Positions 11,626-24,386 are shown, counted from the first letter of the stretch. The stretch is DNA of 64,000 nt from Camelus ferus (GCF_009834535.1 NC_045698.1:3474001-3538000); one strand, 5' to 3'. Notes: a model not told the origin generated them from the letters alone. A program made the numbers and translations.

Positions 11626-14614
11626 TAGTAAAAGCGAAGTTGTTTTATGTTTCAGAAACATCACTAAGAAGACTAGAATGAGGACAATATTCCCAAAACA
11701 AATCACACTCCTGGGGAAATGACAAAGGAATAGCATAAAAATGAAATGAATTGAGACTTGAAGTGCCTGTTTCTCCTGGAGAGTCAGATCGCTTTTCCCT
11801 GTGTTGATTGATGGCTGGCTCTCTGGAAAAGGCTCTCGGTGTCACCTGAGACAAGCTTCGAGCCAGTTCAGTGGGGAATCTCTTATCCTGCAGGAGAAGC
11901 AGGCTCGGTGGTTGGGCATTTATCTACCTCTTTCTGATACTCATTTGATTTTTTGATACATGCAACTTTCGTGGACAGCTTTTATAAACAGATACCCATT
12001 GATAAGAATCTACCAACTTCCAAGTGTGAGTAACAGCAGATATAATACTGTAAGCATCATACTTTCAAGCTTCAGTATTTTCTTTACTCGTGTTGCCAGA
12101 AGCAGGTTTCTCAGCACTGACACGGCACCTACTCTTTCTTCCCTTATAAATGCAGTATGAGTGCTGAGTTTCCCAGTGTCCAATGATTTACAGAACTGGA
12201 GATGAGAGAGATGCAGGCGCCTGGAGAGCTCCCCTGCACCGCCTGGGGGACGCTGGCCATTTCTGAAGTCTGGTTAATAATCCACCCAGCCGACCTCCCC
12301 TTGATTCCTGTGAGCAGGTGTCTGCCAGACGTTTTATGAGCTTCGGAGTAAATCTTCTTGATTCAGTAAAGAAAACCTTTGATAAGGAGAAGACATTAAT
12401 CTCCCATGATTTACCTAATCATTTAAATAAGCTTGCAAACTAATAATGCAGCCAGACAATGGAGTCACTTTTTTCTTGCATTTTTCATTTCCTGTTGATT
12501 ATCAAGGGATAGCAAAATATCAGCCTCCTCCGTTAGGATGGTCTATGTAGTCAATGACATTGGGGATTCTTTAAATATAGAATATTGTACTTCAGACTAA
12601 ATTATAAAGGAAACAAGCCTAACACTTGACTACTTTGTTAATGAAAATTCAGAATTCCTCCAGCTGCGGCGGGTCATTCTTGCCTGAGGGTCTGATCCTC
12701 TGGGCCACCCAGGATGTAGCCTTGAACCCAGGGGAAAGCAGGGGGATGGTTCTGAGTCTGGAACAGCTGTCATAGAACACAAGTGTTTCAGGGGACGAAG
12801 CCAGAAAAGGTGAGTGAGGCTGCGGGCCAGAAGCAAGGATGTGTGTGGGGCGATGGTGGTGCTGGGGCACACCAGAACGCAGGCTTCAGAGGGATCTCAT
12901 TATGCACTGTGAAAAATCCCCCAGAAATGCCTGCATTATCAGAAGAGAACCAGAGGTCATCGGGGTGAAGGATGGTAGTTGACACTCTTGGTGTCATTCA
13001 TGCAGCAGATCTCGTCGGTCGTTTTCTGTAGGTTATGTATTTAAAATATGTATTATTGTTAAATTTTACAAACTCGTGGCAAGGGGCGGTCTTTATATCC
13101 GCCTCCTCGGTGATATAACAGCACAGAAGGATGAGGAAATCATCCAAAGCCCCAAAGATGATAACGCTGGAATCGATGGTAAAAGCGGGGTGTCTGACTC
13201 ATCTCTTCTCTGGGGGTCCCCCGGGCTCGCACTGAATGCTCAACCTCACCTTCCTCTGGAGAACTTAGTGAAGCTGGCCATCTTTTAAGGGTTATTTGAA
13301 AAGCAAGGAATTGCTTGCATATCAGAAAAGTTTTTTTTTAAGCAAAAAATGATTTTTTTTTAGTTTAACATTCTAACTAGTTACCACTAATAGTGTGCAG
13401 AACCTCCCTGGGTGGCGTTATCACACAAGGCTGAACACATCCTGCTTTAGCGATTATTTAATTCCATACTTGGCTCTTCCTTGATAGAACTGCAGACTTT
13501 AAAGTATTAGCTATCCTAGTTTAGTTCATAGAATTCTAGACCAAAAAGTTTCCCGGGTCATCCATGGTCATCCACTGCATGACAGCCCCCCCCACCATCT
13601 CCTCCTCCTCCTCCACCTCAATCCAGGACATGAATTCCAAGTATTCTCCCTTTCCACTGCAAGCTGGCATCTGGACCCCAGGAGGTCTACCCCCTGTGGT
13701 GCTGATGGCTTCATTGATAACGTACTGAGGTGACCTCTCTTCCCTCCTCTCCTTCAGCAGGAACACGATGGCCAGTGCTCAATCTATGAACACATGATAA
13801 GCCTGGGCTCCCGTTCCTTTTATCTCTCCACCCCAACCCGCACCCCCCGCCGTCCCTGAGAGTCATGCTGGCCCTTTCCCAAGATCTGAGAAATGCCTAC
13901 CCAAGCCTGTCACACTACTCTGCACGCATTCTCAGACTTCCGCAGGACCACTCAGCCCACCACAGAGTCTCCTTTGACGGGCAGTGAGGGGCATGAAGCG
14001 CCCCCGAAGGAGAATCAGACTTGGGCTCCTGAATCAGAGGCACACTTAGGACAGGTGCCCAAGCTTCAGAGTCTTTGAGTGCTTAATAAGTGTCTAATCA
14101 GTGTGCCAAATGATCGAAAGCCTTGAAAAAAATCAGCACACTTAAAACATTGTATTGAAGAGTTCTCAGTGATACTTGGATAGTTTTATGAGTGATTACT
14201 TGCATTCAAAAATTAAAAAGTTACTTTAAAACACTTATAAGAATTTTAAATTTCACCTGTAATCCCACGATCCAGCAATGCCATTCGTATTTTTTAAAGC
14301 AAGGACGCACACAGATTTTACAAACTTGAGTCATGCCTAAAGATGTAAAGATGAAGGTGGAATCCCCCTCCTGCATCCCTGCTCCTCAATTTTCTCTCCC
14401 TGAACATAACCACTGTTAGCGGGTTTCTCATCAGCCCTTCCAGGAAAGACCTTTCAGTGTAGAGGCACCCTTTTAAAAGCAAACACATGGGGGATCACAC
14501 TAGACACTTTATTAAACACTTTAAAACCTAACAACTTCTGGGAACCCTACAGTCTAAGCCTTATACTTACAGGTTTTGAAGGTATTCTGATTTTGTTTAA
14601 ATCCTTACACTTTT

Positions 14615-14792
14615 CAGGTGATCTTGAAACTGTTAATCACCCTCCCTCTCCTTTTCCTCATCCATTAAAGGAGGCGCGTAATGATACCCACCTCACAGAA
14701 CTGCTGTGAATGATAAATAAGGTGTAACATAGAAAATGCTGACCACAGTCTTAGGAACTCACACAAAAAAAGTTTTATTATGATTATCATTA
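14615..14792 (+). mobile_element. MIR remnant
   Basis: ttttcctcatccattaaagg..taatgatacccacctcacagaactgctgtgaatgataaataag (MIR core). Confidence 0.65.
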
Positions 14793-15591
14793 GTACCTAA
14801 TTAGCTGACCTTTTTTAAATGGTTATGTAACACTCCACATATATAAATACAACTTTAGAAAATTACCCTGAATTAATTGGTACACATTTAAATTATTTCT
14901 TGTTTTTCTTATTTTTTGTTTTGCCTGAATTTTATACGATTACACACAATGATTCAATATACATTCACAAATATTTATCAATATTGAGGAATTGCACGTT
15001 TTAAAAGTACCCATCACCCTAAAAGGTAAAAATTAGTCTCTTCATTCGTATTCCTTTAAGATATTTTCATCATTGTTGAACATTCATTGTCTGTTATGCA
15101 GTACAGACATTTTTCGTGTTTTTATAAAGTCAGTTCTTTCCTATTTACCAAATGTCTTGCCAAGAAAGCCCTCCCTGATTCCCAAAGAAATTCTTTGGTG
15201 CCTTCTTCCGGATTAATTTCATTAAGTTGCACTTTTATAGAAAGTGTCACATTATGTTCAAATTTGAATAGTGTTGCAAGTTACTATGTGAGGATTATAA
15301 TTTTATCTCTTTATTTGGGACTGTCCCCCACCAAAGCACACCCATCTTCACACCTAGGGTTTGGGTGTGCGCTTTCTCCTCTGTTATTTGGTTTAAAGTA
15401 CCGACCTCAGCATGCTGCGCGCGCTCTCTGTTCTGGAGACAAGGATGCTGATGGAAGGGGCTCGGGGATGCCGGATTCTCAGCCCCACGGCTGCCCTTAC
15501 AGCGTGCGCTGCTGCTGGGGGAAACAGCATGTTTGTGAGCAAGTAATACAACAATGATGCGCATTTATCTCCTCCCTCTCTCTCTTTGCAG

Positions 15592-15874
15592 TCAGGCATG
15601 ATAAGAACTCAGGAGGCAGATTACTTCTTGAAGCCGCTGCCTGCGCACCTGGCCGGGAGACTGCACGCCGCGGCCGGGGGTGCGCCCGCCTCGCACATAC
15701 TGTACAAGCGATCCACGGAGCCGCGGGCGCGGGGGGCCCCCCAGGCCGTGAGGATGGAGAAGCGGTGGGAGCTGGAAAACCGCCGCCCCTTCCATGGCGA
15801 GGACCAGCCCCTGAGCCACGGCTTCCGCCTCGGGCACCCCCAGAAGCAGCATTTCTGTGGGAGACGCAAGAAAT
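15592..15874 (+). CDS. ADAMTS16: ADAMTS16 coding exon (human exon 4 equivalent), prodomain: SGMIRTQEADYFLKPLP...QKQHFCGRRKK
   Basis: Polypyrimidine tract plus ttgcag acceptor ending 15591. 283 nt, phase 0 to 1, donor T|GTATGT. Contained in ORF 15586..15882. Confidence 0.95.
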
Positions 15875-18209
15875 GTATGTAAGGGCGATTCTTTCTGTGC
15901 ACTTAACAATTCGGGCATTCACGTAAGCCGGTAGAGTGTCTCATTTTCTTCAAAGTAGCCTGCCCTCCCGCTGAAATGTACTGACTGCCTTTGCTAAACG
16001 TGAGCGATGATTCCAGAGACATCTCGTCCATCACCTGCACGTTGCATAAAACGTCTCTCCATGGCAGATGGGTAGATGACAATAGATTTTTTTATAAGAG
16101 CTGTTCCCTGCAAATTAAATGACACAGTGCCTGGAAGTGCAAAATCCTCCAGATGTCTTCAAAAGAACCCTGGCACGTCTACCCAGTAATTCTATATTTT
16201 TGAAGGTCTAGATTTATGAAAGCCCACATGCTTTTCCTGGTGAGGTGGTTATCCCCGTGCAGGTTTACACACTTCACTCCACCACCTCAGAAGACAGAGC
16301 ACCCGTGACATAATTCACCTGCAGTTTATCACCAAGGCTATATTGAAGTCTATTTTGTTTTGCCATGAACATTTAGAAAGTGATGTGATATTTATGTTTT
16401 CGGTAAGAACCTGTCACAAACTCAGGAATAGGAGTTCAGTATTTTCTAGACTTTTCCTCACTTCCTTCAGCTTTCTCTGTAAGCATTGCTTTATTTGGTA
16501 AAACTTTCGCAAGGAGCCTCTGGGAAGCCCATGTTCCCCCAGCCCCATCTTTCTCTGCTGCTTGGTGTTGGCTGCTGGGCCCAGCACCCTAACATAGGGG
16601 TAGGTACATGCGGGGCCCGTAAATGCTGCGGAGCAGAGAGAATGGCCCGGAATCACTTGGCATCAGCGACAAAAGAGTAAGTTCCGTTGAATTGTCAGCA
16701 CCTGTGTGTCATCTAAACTCATATCGTCCAATAAAGAAGAGTCTCAGGCTACATTCAAACGGACTTGGAAAAGCTCCACCCAAGTTGGCCAATAATGAGC
16801 TGGGTCTTAGGGGCGGCAGCAGGAAGCATCGTGTTGAGCGCAAGGAGAGGGACAGGAGGCTGAGAAGGTCAGGGAGACAGGCTGAGTGGGCGTCACAGCA
16901 GGGCACACTGACCCCCGGCACCAGCTCCCTGAGGCAGCTCCGACAGGGAGAAGCAGGAGGAGGGGGCAAGGGCAGGACCAGCCAGGGAGGGGAGCGAGGG
17001 TTGGGACTCAGGCAAGAGGGGCCAAGGGGCGGGGCCGGGCAGGGGGCGGGCAGGGAGGGGCGGGGCCAGGCAGAGAGAAGGTCCGAGCCAGGACGGTGCT
17101 CACAGAGCTCCTGGCGAGGACGTGGTCAGAGAGGGACAGATTCTATGTGCTGGGGACAGAAAGTTGAGCAACCATCTGGATCTGGGCAGGAAAGATGGGC
17201 AGGGCTGTCCTCTTTGACAGGTCACACCAGGGCCTGAAGCCAATGTTCTAGTGGCCCTGAGAAATCCAGCAGTGCTGACCATTCTGAAATGAATGGGCCC
17301 CTTTCATTCTAATCTGGAGGTGACCAGAGTCGTTCAGGCCAGTGGCCCTAAGGCACAGCTGTGTCTGGAGGGCAGTAGGATCGTGCTGTTTGGCATGGCC
17401 GCATGTACATGTGTGTACGTGTGTGTGTGCACGTGTGCATGTGTGTGTGTGCACACTGTGCACATGTGTTTGGTGTATTTGCCTCCAGAGGCGTTTCAGA
17501 ATCTCTATAGTGGGGGTTGACTGATGAGAAGCAGTTATTTGAAAAAGATGCTAAATTGAACAGTAAGTTTTGTGTTTAGAACATGGGAAAATGTCACCAT
17601 TATTTTCATAATAAAACAAAATTATGAAAAATGGGAAAAATTGTCATAAGACACCTTTTGCTGGTGGACAACTTCGGTGGTCAGTCTGGTGCTGTTTGAC
17701 TTGCCATAGTCTCTGTCCCCTCCCGCCAGGTACATGGCAGATCTGTACCCTGGACCCAGTGGCTGGGGACAGTGTGCTAGCAGAATTGACCCACATCACC
17801 TCCCGGCTGAGAGTTTAATTCTCAGGACCCCGTTATCTGTGCAGGATATTTCCATGTTGTCTATGAGGCTTTGGACTTCCCTGGAGAAGTCCTGGTCTTC
17901 TGTCAAAGATTCTTCCCTATTCTCTGGTTCAGAAGATGGAAGATGTTTCTGTGTGTTCAGGCATTTCTCTGTGGAAAAGGGCAGACAAAGGCAGGTTGAT
18001 TTGCTTAAACTCACAGATGGGTTTTGAGCTGGGACTTGCAAGTTTGGGGAAAATGCTGCAGTACTTTATTGAGGGGTGTCTGGCTTGCTCTGAGGGGCGT
18101 GTCGGAGGCCCAGCCAGTACGGTCCCCACCCCTGGTGCCCCTGCCCTTGTCCCTTCCGGGGGCCTGGGAGGCTGCCGTGTTCACTTTCACCCTGCACACA
18201 CTTTTCCAC

Positions 18210-18716
18210 TGTCGACCAAAATAAAACACGCAACCTGAAAGCTGACAGTTAAGTTTTACTCAGTGGACTTCCTGAGGACTCGGGCTCAGGAGGCAGCCTT
18301 GCAGGTCACTCTAAGAGGCTGCTCCCCCGGGCGCTGGAGAAGCCAGGATATATAGGAGGTTTTACAACAAAGACCAGGTAGTTGGGACATCAAAAGATTA
18401 CTGTTAATTAAAGAGAACCAGATAGCTCAAGTTAAGGAATGTAGCACTTTTCTGTGTATGGGAAGGTGCAAAGGTCTGGGCACGTTGAAATCACTCCTTT
18501 GATGTGCATCTAGCTGTCTGGGGCCAGTGTCCTGTGCTTTCCCATCCTGAGTCCCCTCAAGGGGGAACCGTAGGGGTGGCAGCAGAGGCCAGGCTGCCTG
18601 CTGGTCTCCGTCCTGAATTCCCTCTGCTCACTGTCGGGAGTGGCGGTAGCGACTGATGACTTGAAAGCTGCAGCGTCCTGTGTTTACTATGTGGCTGGAA
18701 ATACGTTTCATTCACA
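18210..18716 (-). mobile_element. ERV1-class solo LTR, copy A
   Basis: 507 bp with TG...CA termini and 4-bp flanks CCAC/GCAC. Reverse complement of 19748-20249 along its whole length. Confidence 0.88.
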
Positions 18717-18729
18717 GCACCGAGGGAAT

Positions 18730-18955
18730 TAAGACTAAGGGCTCTGGGACCACACTGCCGGATCTGAAATCCGCTTTCTAGGGAGAGGCTGCAAGAAAGT
18801 TGTGTTCCTGTCCTGAACCTCCAAGGCCTCACTCCTACCCAGGGCTGGTGTAGAGATTGAGTGAGTCACACACAGACATCTCTTAGGGTGGAGTTCACAT
18901 CTGTGGAAATTGCATTGATAGTAAACGGTGCATGATGAGTGCTTGTTAAACTTCA
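18730..18955 (+). mobile_element. MIR remnant
   Basis: aagggctctgggaccacactgccggatctgaaatcc..cctacccagggctggtgtagagattgagtgag. Confidence 0.5.
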
Positions 18956-19747
18956 CTGTTATCCTCCAAAAGGTTCATTTGGGTTTGGTAGCATTTTAGC
19001 AAAGAGCGATAAAAGGCCAAGGGCCTGGGTACCAGTCACCCAGGACGGCATCTCCCAGCAGCATGTTCTGTGAGTAGAGTTGGCATCGCATTTGACCTAG
19101 TGCTATATTTAGCGGGTGTTTTAAAGTCTACTTTCACGTGAAACGGTTGTAACCACAGTTTCTGAGGCATGCACTAAACCGTCCTTTCTAACCCAGTGTT
19201 AACTCACTGACTCTAAACGCCCAACCTCGTTTTAAATGGCTTACTCCAGGAGGACGGAGGACGTTTTGTCTTCCCACTAAATTAGGTAAGTATTTCTGAC
19301 ACTCTCTAGGAAATCCAGCCCTGCAGTGAGGTGGGTCTGTCTTGATCAGTTTATAACCCATTTGGCACACTACACACAAACCAGTTATGCGTCCAGACAT
19401 GAGAAGCGACTTTAAAAATTCTTAGGTCATTAAAAGGCTTCCACTAAGAACACAGTGTAAGATGGCTCTCCTTTTTGTAATCATCAGTGTCGCTGCTTTC
19501 CCAGTAACTCTTCTGCAGGGGCCTGGTCCACAGGGGCTGTTAACGGTCGCTGAGCTCTGTGCTGTTAGATGCTAGGACTTCAGAGGCAAAGTGACCCTCT
19601 TTCTGTTTTCAATCACGACAAATTTATACAAAGGTCCACACAGCCGTGAATTCCATGACATCTAGACTATGCAAACTTTATTTAAACGCAATGTTCCACT
19701 TTAACGTAAGTTTTGCATCACAGTTTTAAGGGTTTTATGGTTCGTAT

Positions 19748-20249
19748 TGTAAATGAAAAATATTTCTAGCTGTATCAGTAAACAAAGGAAGCGCGGCCAC
19801 CAAGTCATCAGCCGCTATCACCACCCCGGACAATGAGCGGAGGGAACTCAGGATGGAGACCAGCAGGTTGCCCGGCCTCTGCAGCCCCTACAACAGTGCC
19901 CCTGAGGGGACTCAGGATGGGAAAGAATAGGAGACTGGCCCTGGATAGCTAGGTGCTCATCAAAGGAATGACTTCAGTGAGCCCAGAACTTTGTACCCTC
20001 CCATACATAGAAAAGCGCTGAATTCCTTAACTTGAGATGTCTGGTTTTCTTTAAGAGTAATCTTTTGATGTCCCAACTACCTGGTCTTTGTTGTAAAAGC
20101 TCCTACATATCTTGGCCCCTCCCTGCCTCTTCAGAGCAGTCCCTCAGAGTGATCTGGGAGGCTGTCATCCAGACTCGAGTCCTCAGAAATGTCCGCGGAA
20201 TAAAACGTAACTCTCTACTTTTAGGTTGTGCATTTCATGTCAGGCGACA
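19748..20249 (+). mobile_element. ERV1-class solo LTR, copy B
   Basis: 502 bp, TGTAAATG...GCGACA, 4-bp flanks GTAT/GTTT, AATAAA at 20199-20204. Same family as 18210-18716. Confidence 0.88.
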
Positions 20250-20352
20250 GTTTCATAAAGTTTTTCAAATCCAATTTCTGTATCACGAGTTCCACTGCCG
20301 GGTTTGAGCGGCAGCTTTGCCTTTCAGTTCCTCTTCCAACCTCCCTCCGCAG

Positions 20353-20552
20353 ACATGCCCAGGCCTCCCGAGGACGACCTCTTCACCCTGCCTGACGAGT
20401 ACGGGGCCGGCTTCAGGCACAGGCGCTCCCTCCTCAAGTCCCACCGGCACCAAGAGCTGAACGTGGAGACGCTGGTGGTGGTTGACAGAAAGATGATGCA
20501 AAACCACGGCCACGAAAACATCACCACCTACGTCCTGACCATACTCAACATG
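20353..20552 (+). CDS. ADAMTS16: ADAMTS16 exon 5 equivalent: (Y)MPRPPEDDLF...RHRR/SLLKSH...LNVETLVVVD...LTILNM; furin site and start of catalytic domain
   Basis: ccgcag acceptor, 200 nt, donor ATG|GTAGGG. RHRR (20415-20426) fits the R-X-X-R proprotein convertase motif. Confidence 0.96.
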
Positions 20553-21967
20553 GTAGGGGCCGCCTTCTCGTGGAGTTCGCGTGCGGGGCTCCGCCCGCGG
20601 GGAGCGTGTGTGTGCTTTACATCTACTCTCTCTGTGGATTTATGTCTCGAACACAAGAAGTATTTTATCTGTGCCCACCCCTTTTACTATCCTCCAATCA
20701 GAAAAGCCGTTTTCAGACCTTCAGAGAATAAAATTAGGAGGACGGACAATTTGACCCTGTCTGTAACCTGGTAACATATTTCGAGTTCACCGACGTCTTC
20801 ATTCCCTGGAAATCTGTGAGAGGATGCTGAGACGTTTGGGTGCAGAAACCTGCGCGGCAGCATTATGTGTGATTTTAGGTGGCTGTATAGAAATACCCAT
20901 CATTTTAGGAATATTAATGTTAAAATATTGAATATACATTGTTTTATCTACAAGAACAAGAACCAGGACACCCTTCAGAATATCAGTGCAGGTGAAAGGT
21001 GGCCGTGTCTCTATTCGGCACCTGTGATAATTCCTGAATAGAGGTCCGGGGTACCCAAGCCCCTTTTCTCCTAAGTGAAATCTACACAACAGAGGACAAA
21101 ATCTTGGGCCACCAAAGTGTGTTTTTAAAAATACATGTGATGACAATATTTTAAAAATGTTTTACATTCCCCCTCGATAAACGGAGTGCCCCTGGATGTG
21201 TTTCGCTTTCCCCTGACTTGGCAGGGCTGCTATAGCTGGCATCGTTTTCGGCGGCTGGACCCTCGTGGTTTATGATCGATCTCCCAGGACCCCGAGGGAG
21301 AGGGTCCCACAGAGGCGGCCACCAGCGCACGTCTCCAGCTTGTGCAAGGATCGCCCCTGTTCTGCAGAGCTTTCTCAGTAGCTCTGCACCCCGGTGTCGG
21401 GTCACTCCCCGTCGCTTCCCTCTTTTGTTGGCCTAGCCTCGCTCATCACCCCTGGATGCCACTGTGATCACTCACTGCCACCAGTGACTGTCATCTCTAA
21501 CGTCTGCTCCTCGCCTTGGTCACCTTCTTTCCTTATTGTTTTCCTGCTCTTTCTTGTCTCCTCTTGGTCTTCTCCCAAAACGTCCCTTTGCTCCTGGAAT
21601 CTTTTGCTAGGAGAGCTTGGGTACTGCTCGCTTGTGTATCATCAATATGAGACAACAACAAACAAACAAACAAACCTCCTTATATTCCAGTGACATTTCC
21701 CATGTAAGCTCTTCACTGATACTTAATAAGGAGTGGAGCCTTCCTCCCTAAACTTCAGTACTGTACTTCCAGGCACCAGTGACAAGGATCCAACAGTTGA
21801 TGGAATTGGCTGTTAGAGATTCACACACTTGTCTGTGTAGCAGCGTAACAAGCAACGTTGCCACTTCACTGAGGAACACGGGATTGGCCTTCAGCCGTGG
21901 ACTCCGGGCCGAGCGCTGTGGGGAGAGGGGACCTCATCCAGGAGCTGACGTGGACTCTCTTTTTCAG

Positions 21968-22051
21968 GTGTCTGCTTTGTTCAAAGATGGAACGATCGGA
22001 GGAAACATCAACATCGCGGTCGTAGGTCTGATTCTTCTAGAAGAAGAACAG
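21968..22051 (+). CDS. ADAMTS16: ADAMTS16 exon 6 equivalent: VSALFKDGTIGGNINIAVVGLILLEEEQ
   Basis: ttttcag acceptor, 84 nt, phase 0 to 0, donor CAG|GTATTC. Confidence 0.96.
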
Positions 22052-24226
22052 GTATTCTCCCCTTGAAACCAGCGGTGCTTTTTTTTTTTTTCCAGGAAAA
22101 ATAAATGCAAAATAATGCTCTGTTTTACTGAATATAATTGTTCTATGGATCCTTCACTTCTCTTTCCCTTGGGGACAAAAATGTTTTAATATTTTGTGTC
22201 TAACACAGTGAGTTTCTTGTTAGTTCCTTTGGTGATTATTTGATATTTTGGGGGATGTTCATGCAGGAGTAGTAAGAAATACTCACTTGATTGGCTTATT
22301 AGAAAATGGAATAAAGGAGTTTCTTTAAATATCTGAGTGGGAAACACACTACAAATTGGAAGTGTAAAAATGTGCCTTCAGCCCCTGGGAGGATTTAGGT
22401 TGTAGGTGGCGTGGGCCCCTTGGTGTCTTGCTAGAAGACTGAAAATGTCCTGCCGCCCAGAAGTCAAATCACACTGTGACACTGCACTGCTGTGCTCTGT
22501 GACCTCCCACCTGCTGAGACCTGAGCCTAGCGACCCTCACCACCTGCAGTCTCAGGGTTTTATTTCCATAGAGATTCTAAGATGTCCAGCGCATTTCTCT
22601 CATTGTGCACAAGACTCCAAACTATGCTGGATCTTGGTAGCAGTGGGGAAAAGACTCTATCTTTCCTCCATTCCGGAACCCCTATGCGGATGCACCGAGG
22701 GGCACCTCAGGTCACAGTGAGGACTCATGGGAACACTTTGCAGCATTAGTAAGGGGGCATCTTAGCCAGAAAGGGCTCTCCCTTCTGTTTTGCCCCAGAC
22801 TGATGGCTGACCGGACATAGGGGAGTGAACCCTGGATCCGAGGCAGGCGCCATGCCTCCCGTACCCTCTTGCTGACATCGTGGCAGGGTCTCCTGTTAGC
22901 CACCATTGTCTTATTTATTAAACAAATACTTTTTTAGATGAAATCTAAGGTCATTCATCAGATCGAAGGTGTCTTCAGACTTTCACATGCTGGGGTGCTA
23001 CCCTTCTCAGTGCAGGGTGGGGCCCTCGTGGGCAGGCCTGTTTCTAGCCCAAATAATCAGGGAGCTACAACTCCATTGTCTTTTCGTGAGCGTGTGTCTG
23101 GGGAGGGAGTGCTGAACCAGCAGGGCTGCTCAGGTGACAGGTTAATTATTCTTTGTATTAAAACCTTTCACCTTGGCCTTCATCCAAGCTGCAGAGAATA
23201 AGCAAGGTTATCGTTTGATCGTACACCTGTGTTCACTTTAATGAATGTAGTTTTCCTGGAAATCACCAGCAGAAGAATGTAAGGCATGTCCCAGGGTCGA
23301 TGCACAGCATTCAGCTTAGGTGCATTCGACTCTCTGGAAAGACAAAATAAACATTTAAGGAGAAAACATATTCAGCGACTAAGAGACAAAATTTCAACAC
23401 AGCCCTCTGATCATGAGAGCTTTAAACAGTTTGTTGCCCTGAAATCAAGGTATTTAACCTGGTTTTCTCTGACCATCCAGAGAGAAATATAGCACAGCTC
23501 TAAATCGGGTTTAAAGAACTCATCTGCCAGCTCTGGGAGACGTTCCTGCCACCCTCAGATTCTTCATCTCCCGGGAGTTCAGGCAGCCTTCACTCTGCTC
23601 TCTCACGGCTGATCTGTTAGAACTTGGTGCACGTGGATAAGGTCGAATGTTGTCTCTATAGTTTCCTTCTAGTTCCAGCCAATTTTCTAGAAATAAAGCT
23701 TCGTGGGTTGAGCTGCCTTTTCTCAGAAACATGGTGCCTCTCAAGGAAAGTGACTTCATTTAATTCTGTGATACTATTAGAAGAATTACAAATTTGAAAT
23801 CTCATCCAACTGGGTTATGAAATAAACTGCCACACTATCCAGGTGTGTTTCTGTGTATGTGCAAAATCTCCTATAAATGACTCTGTTGCCCTATATGATT
23901 TTGCAAATTGTCTCGTAAAGATTTTGCACGCAAAAATGCCAGGCATAGAAGTCATCGTTCTTGGGTCCTTGAAATGTGTTCAGAGTCAGCAAGTACATCC
24001 CAACTGTATTTGGTATGGAATTAGAGAAATGACTGTCTACACTGAATCCATACAGGTTTTATATATCACACCCTCCTTTGGATGTTACTGTTTAAATGGG
24101 TACATTAGTTTAGATGCCATTCAGATCCACCTGTGTATTTGAAATCCAAGTGAGTGCCAGTCTGCTGTGCAAGTAATGACTGAATGACGACATGTTTTCT
24201 TCTGTTCCCTCGGTCTGTCCTGGTAG

Positions 24227-24386
24227 CCAGGGCTCGTGATAAGCCACCACGCAGACCACACCTTAAGCAGCTTCTGCCAGTGGCAGTCGGGGTTGGTGGG
24301 GAAGGACGGAGCCCGCCACGACCATGCCATCCTGCTGACCGGCTTGGATATATGCTCCTGGAAGGATGAGCCCTGCGACACTCTGG
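24227..24386 (+). CDS. ADAMTS16: ADAMTS16 exon 7 equivalent: PGLVISHHADHTLSSFCQWQ...HDHAILLTGLDICSWKDEPCDTL(G)
   Basis: tggtag acceptor, 160 nt, donor G|GTGAGG. Typical reprolysin-domain sequence. Confidence 0.96.

Noticed and set aside
1..15591. Additional ADAMTS16 coding exon or nested gene in the first 15 kb
   Set aside because: No ORF resembles ADAMTS prodomain or any recognisable protein other than L1 remnants, consistent with one large intron.
16623..17237. 204-aa ORF (longest in the track)
   Set aside because: G/R-rich product of a purine-skewed G-rich tract, with no domain or supporting splice structure.
18210..20249. Single provirus, or DNA transposon with long terminal inverted repeats
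   Set aside because: Proviral LTRs are direct repeats. Here each copy has its own TSD, and the spacer is ordinary intron with a MIR remnant and no gag/pol or transposase.
20321..20352. Upstream alternative acceptor ctttcag at 20327
   Set aside because: Would add 25 nt and frameshift. The acceptor ending 20352 restores the expected Y-M-P junction.
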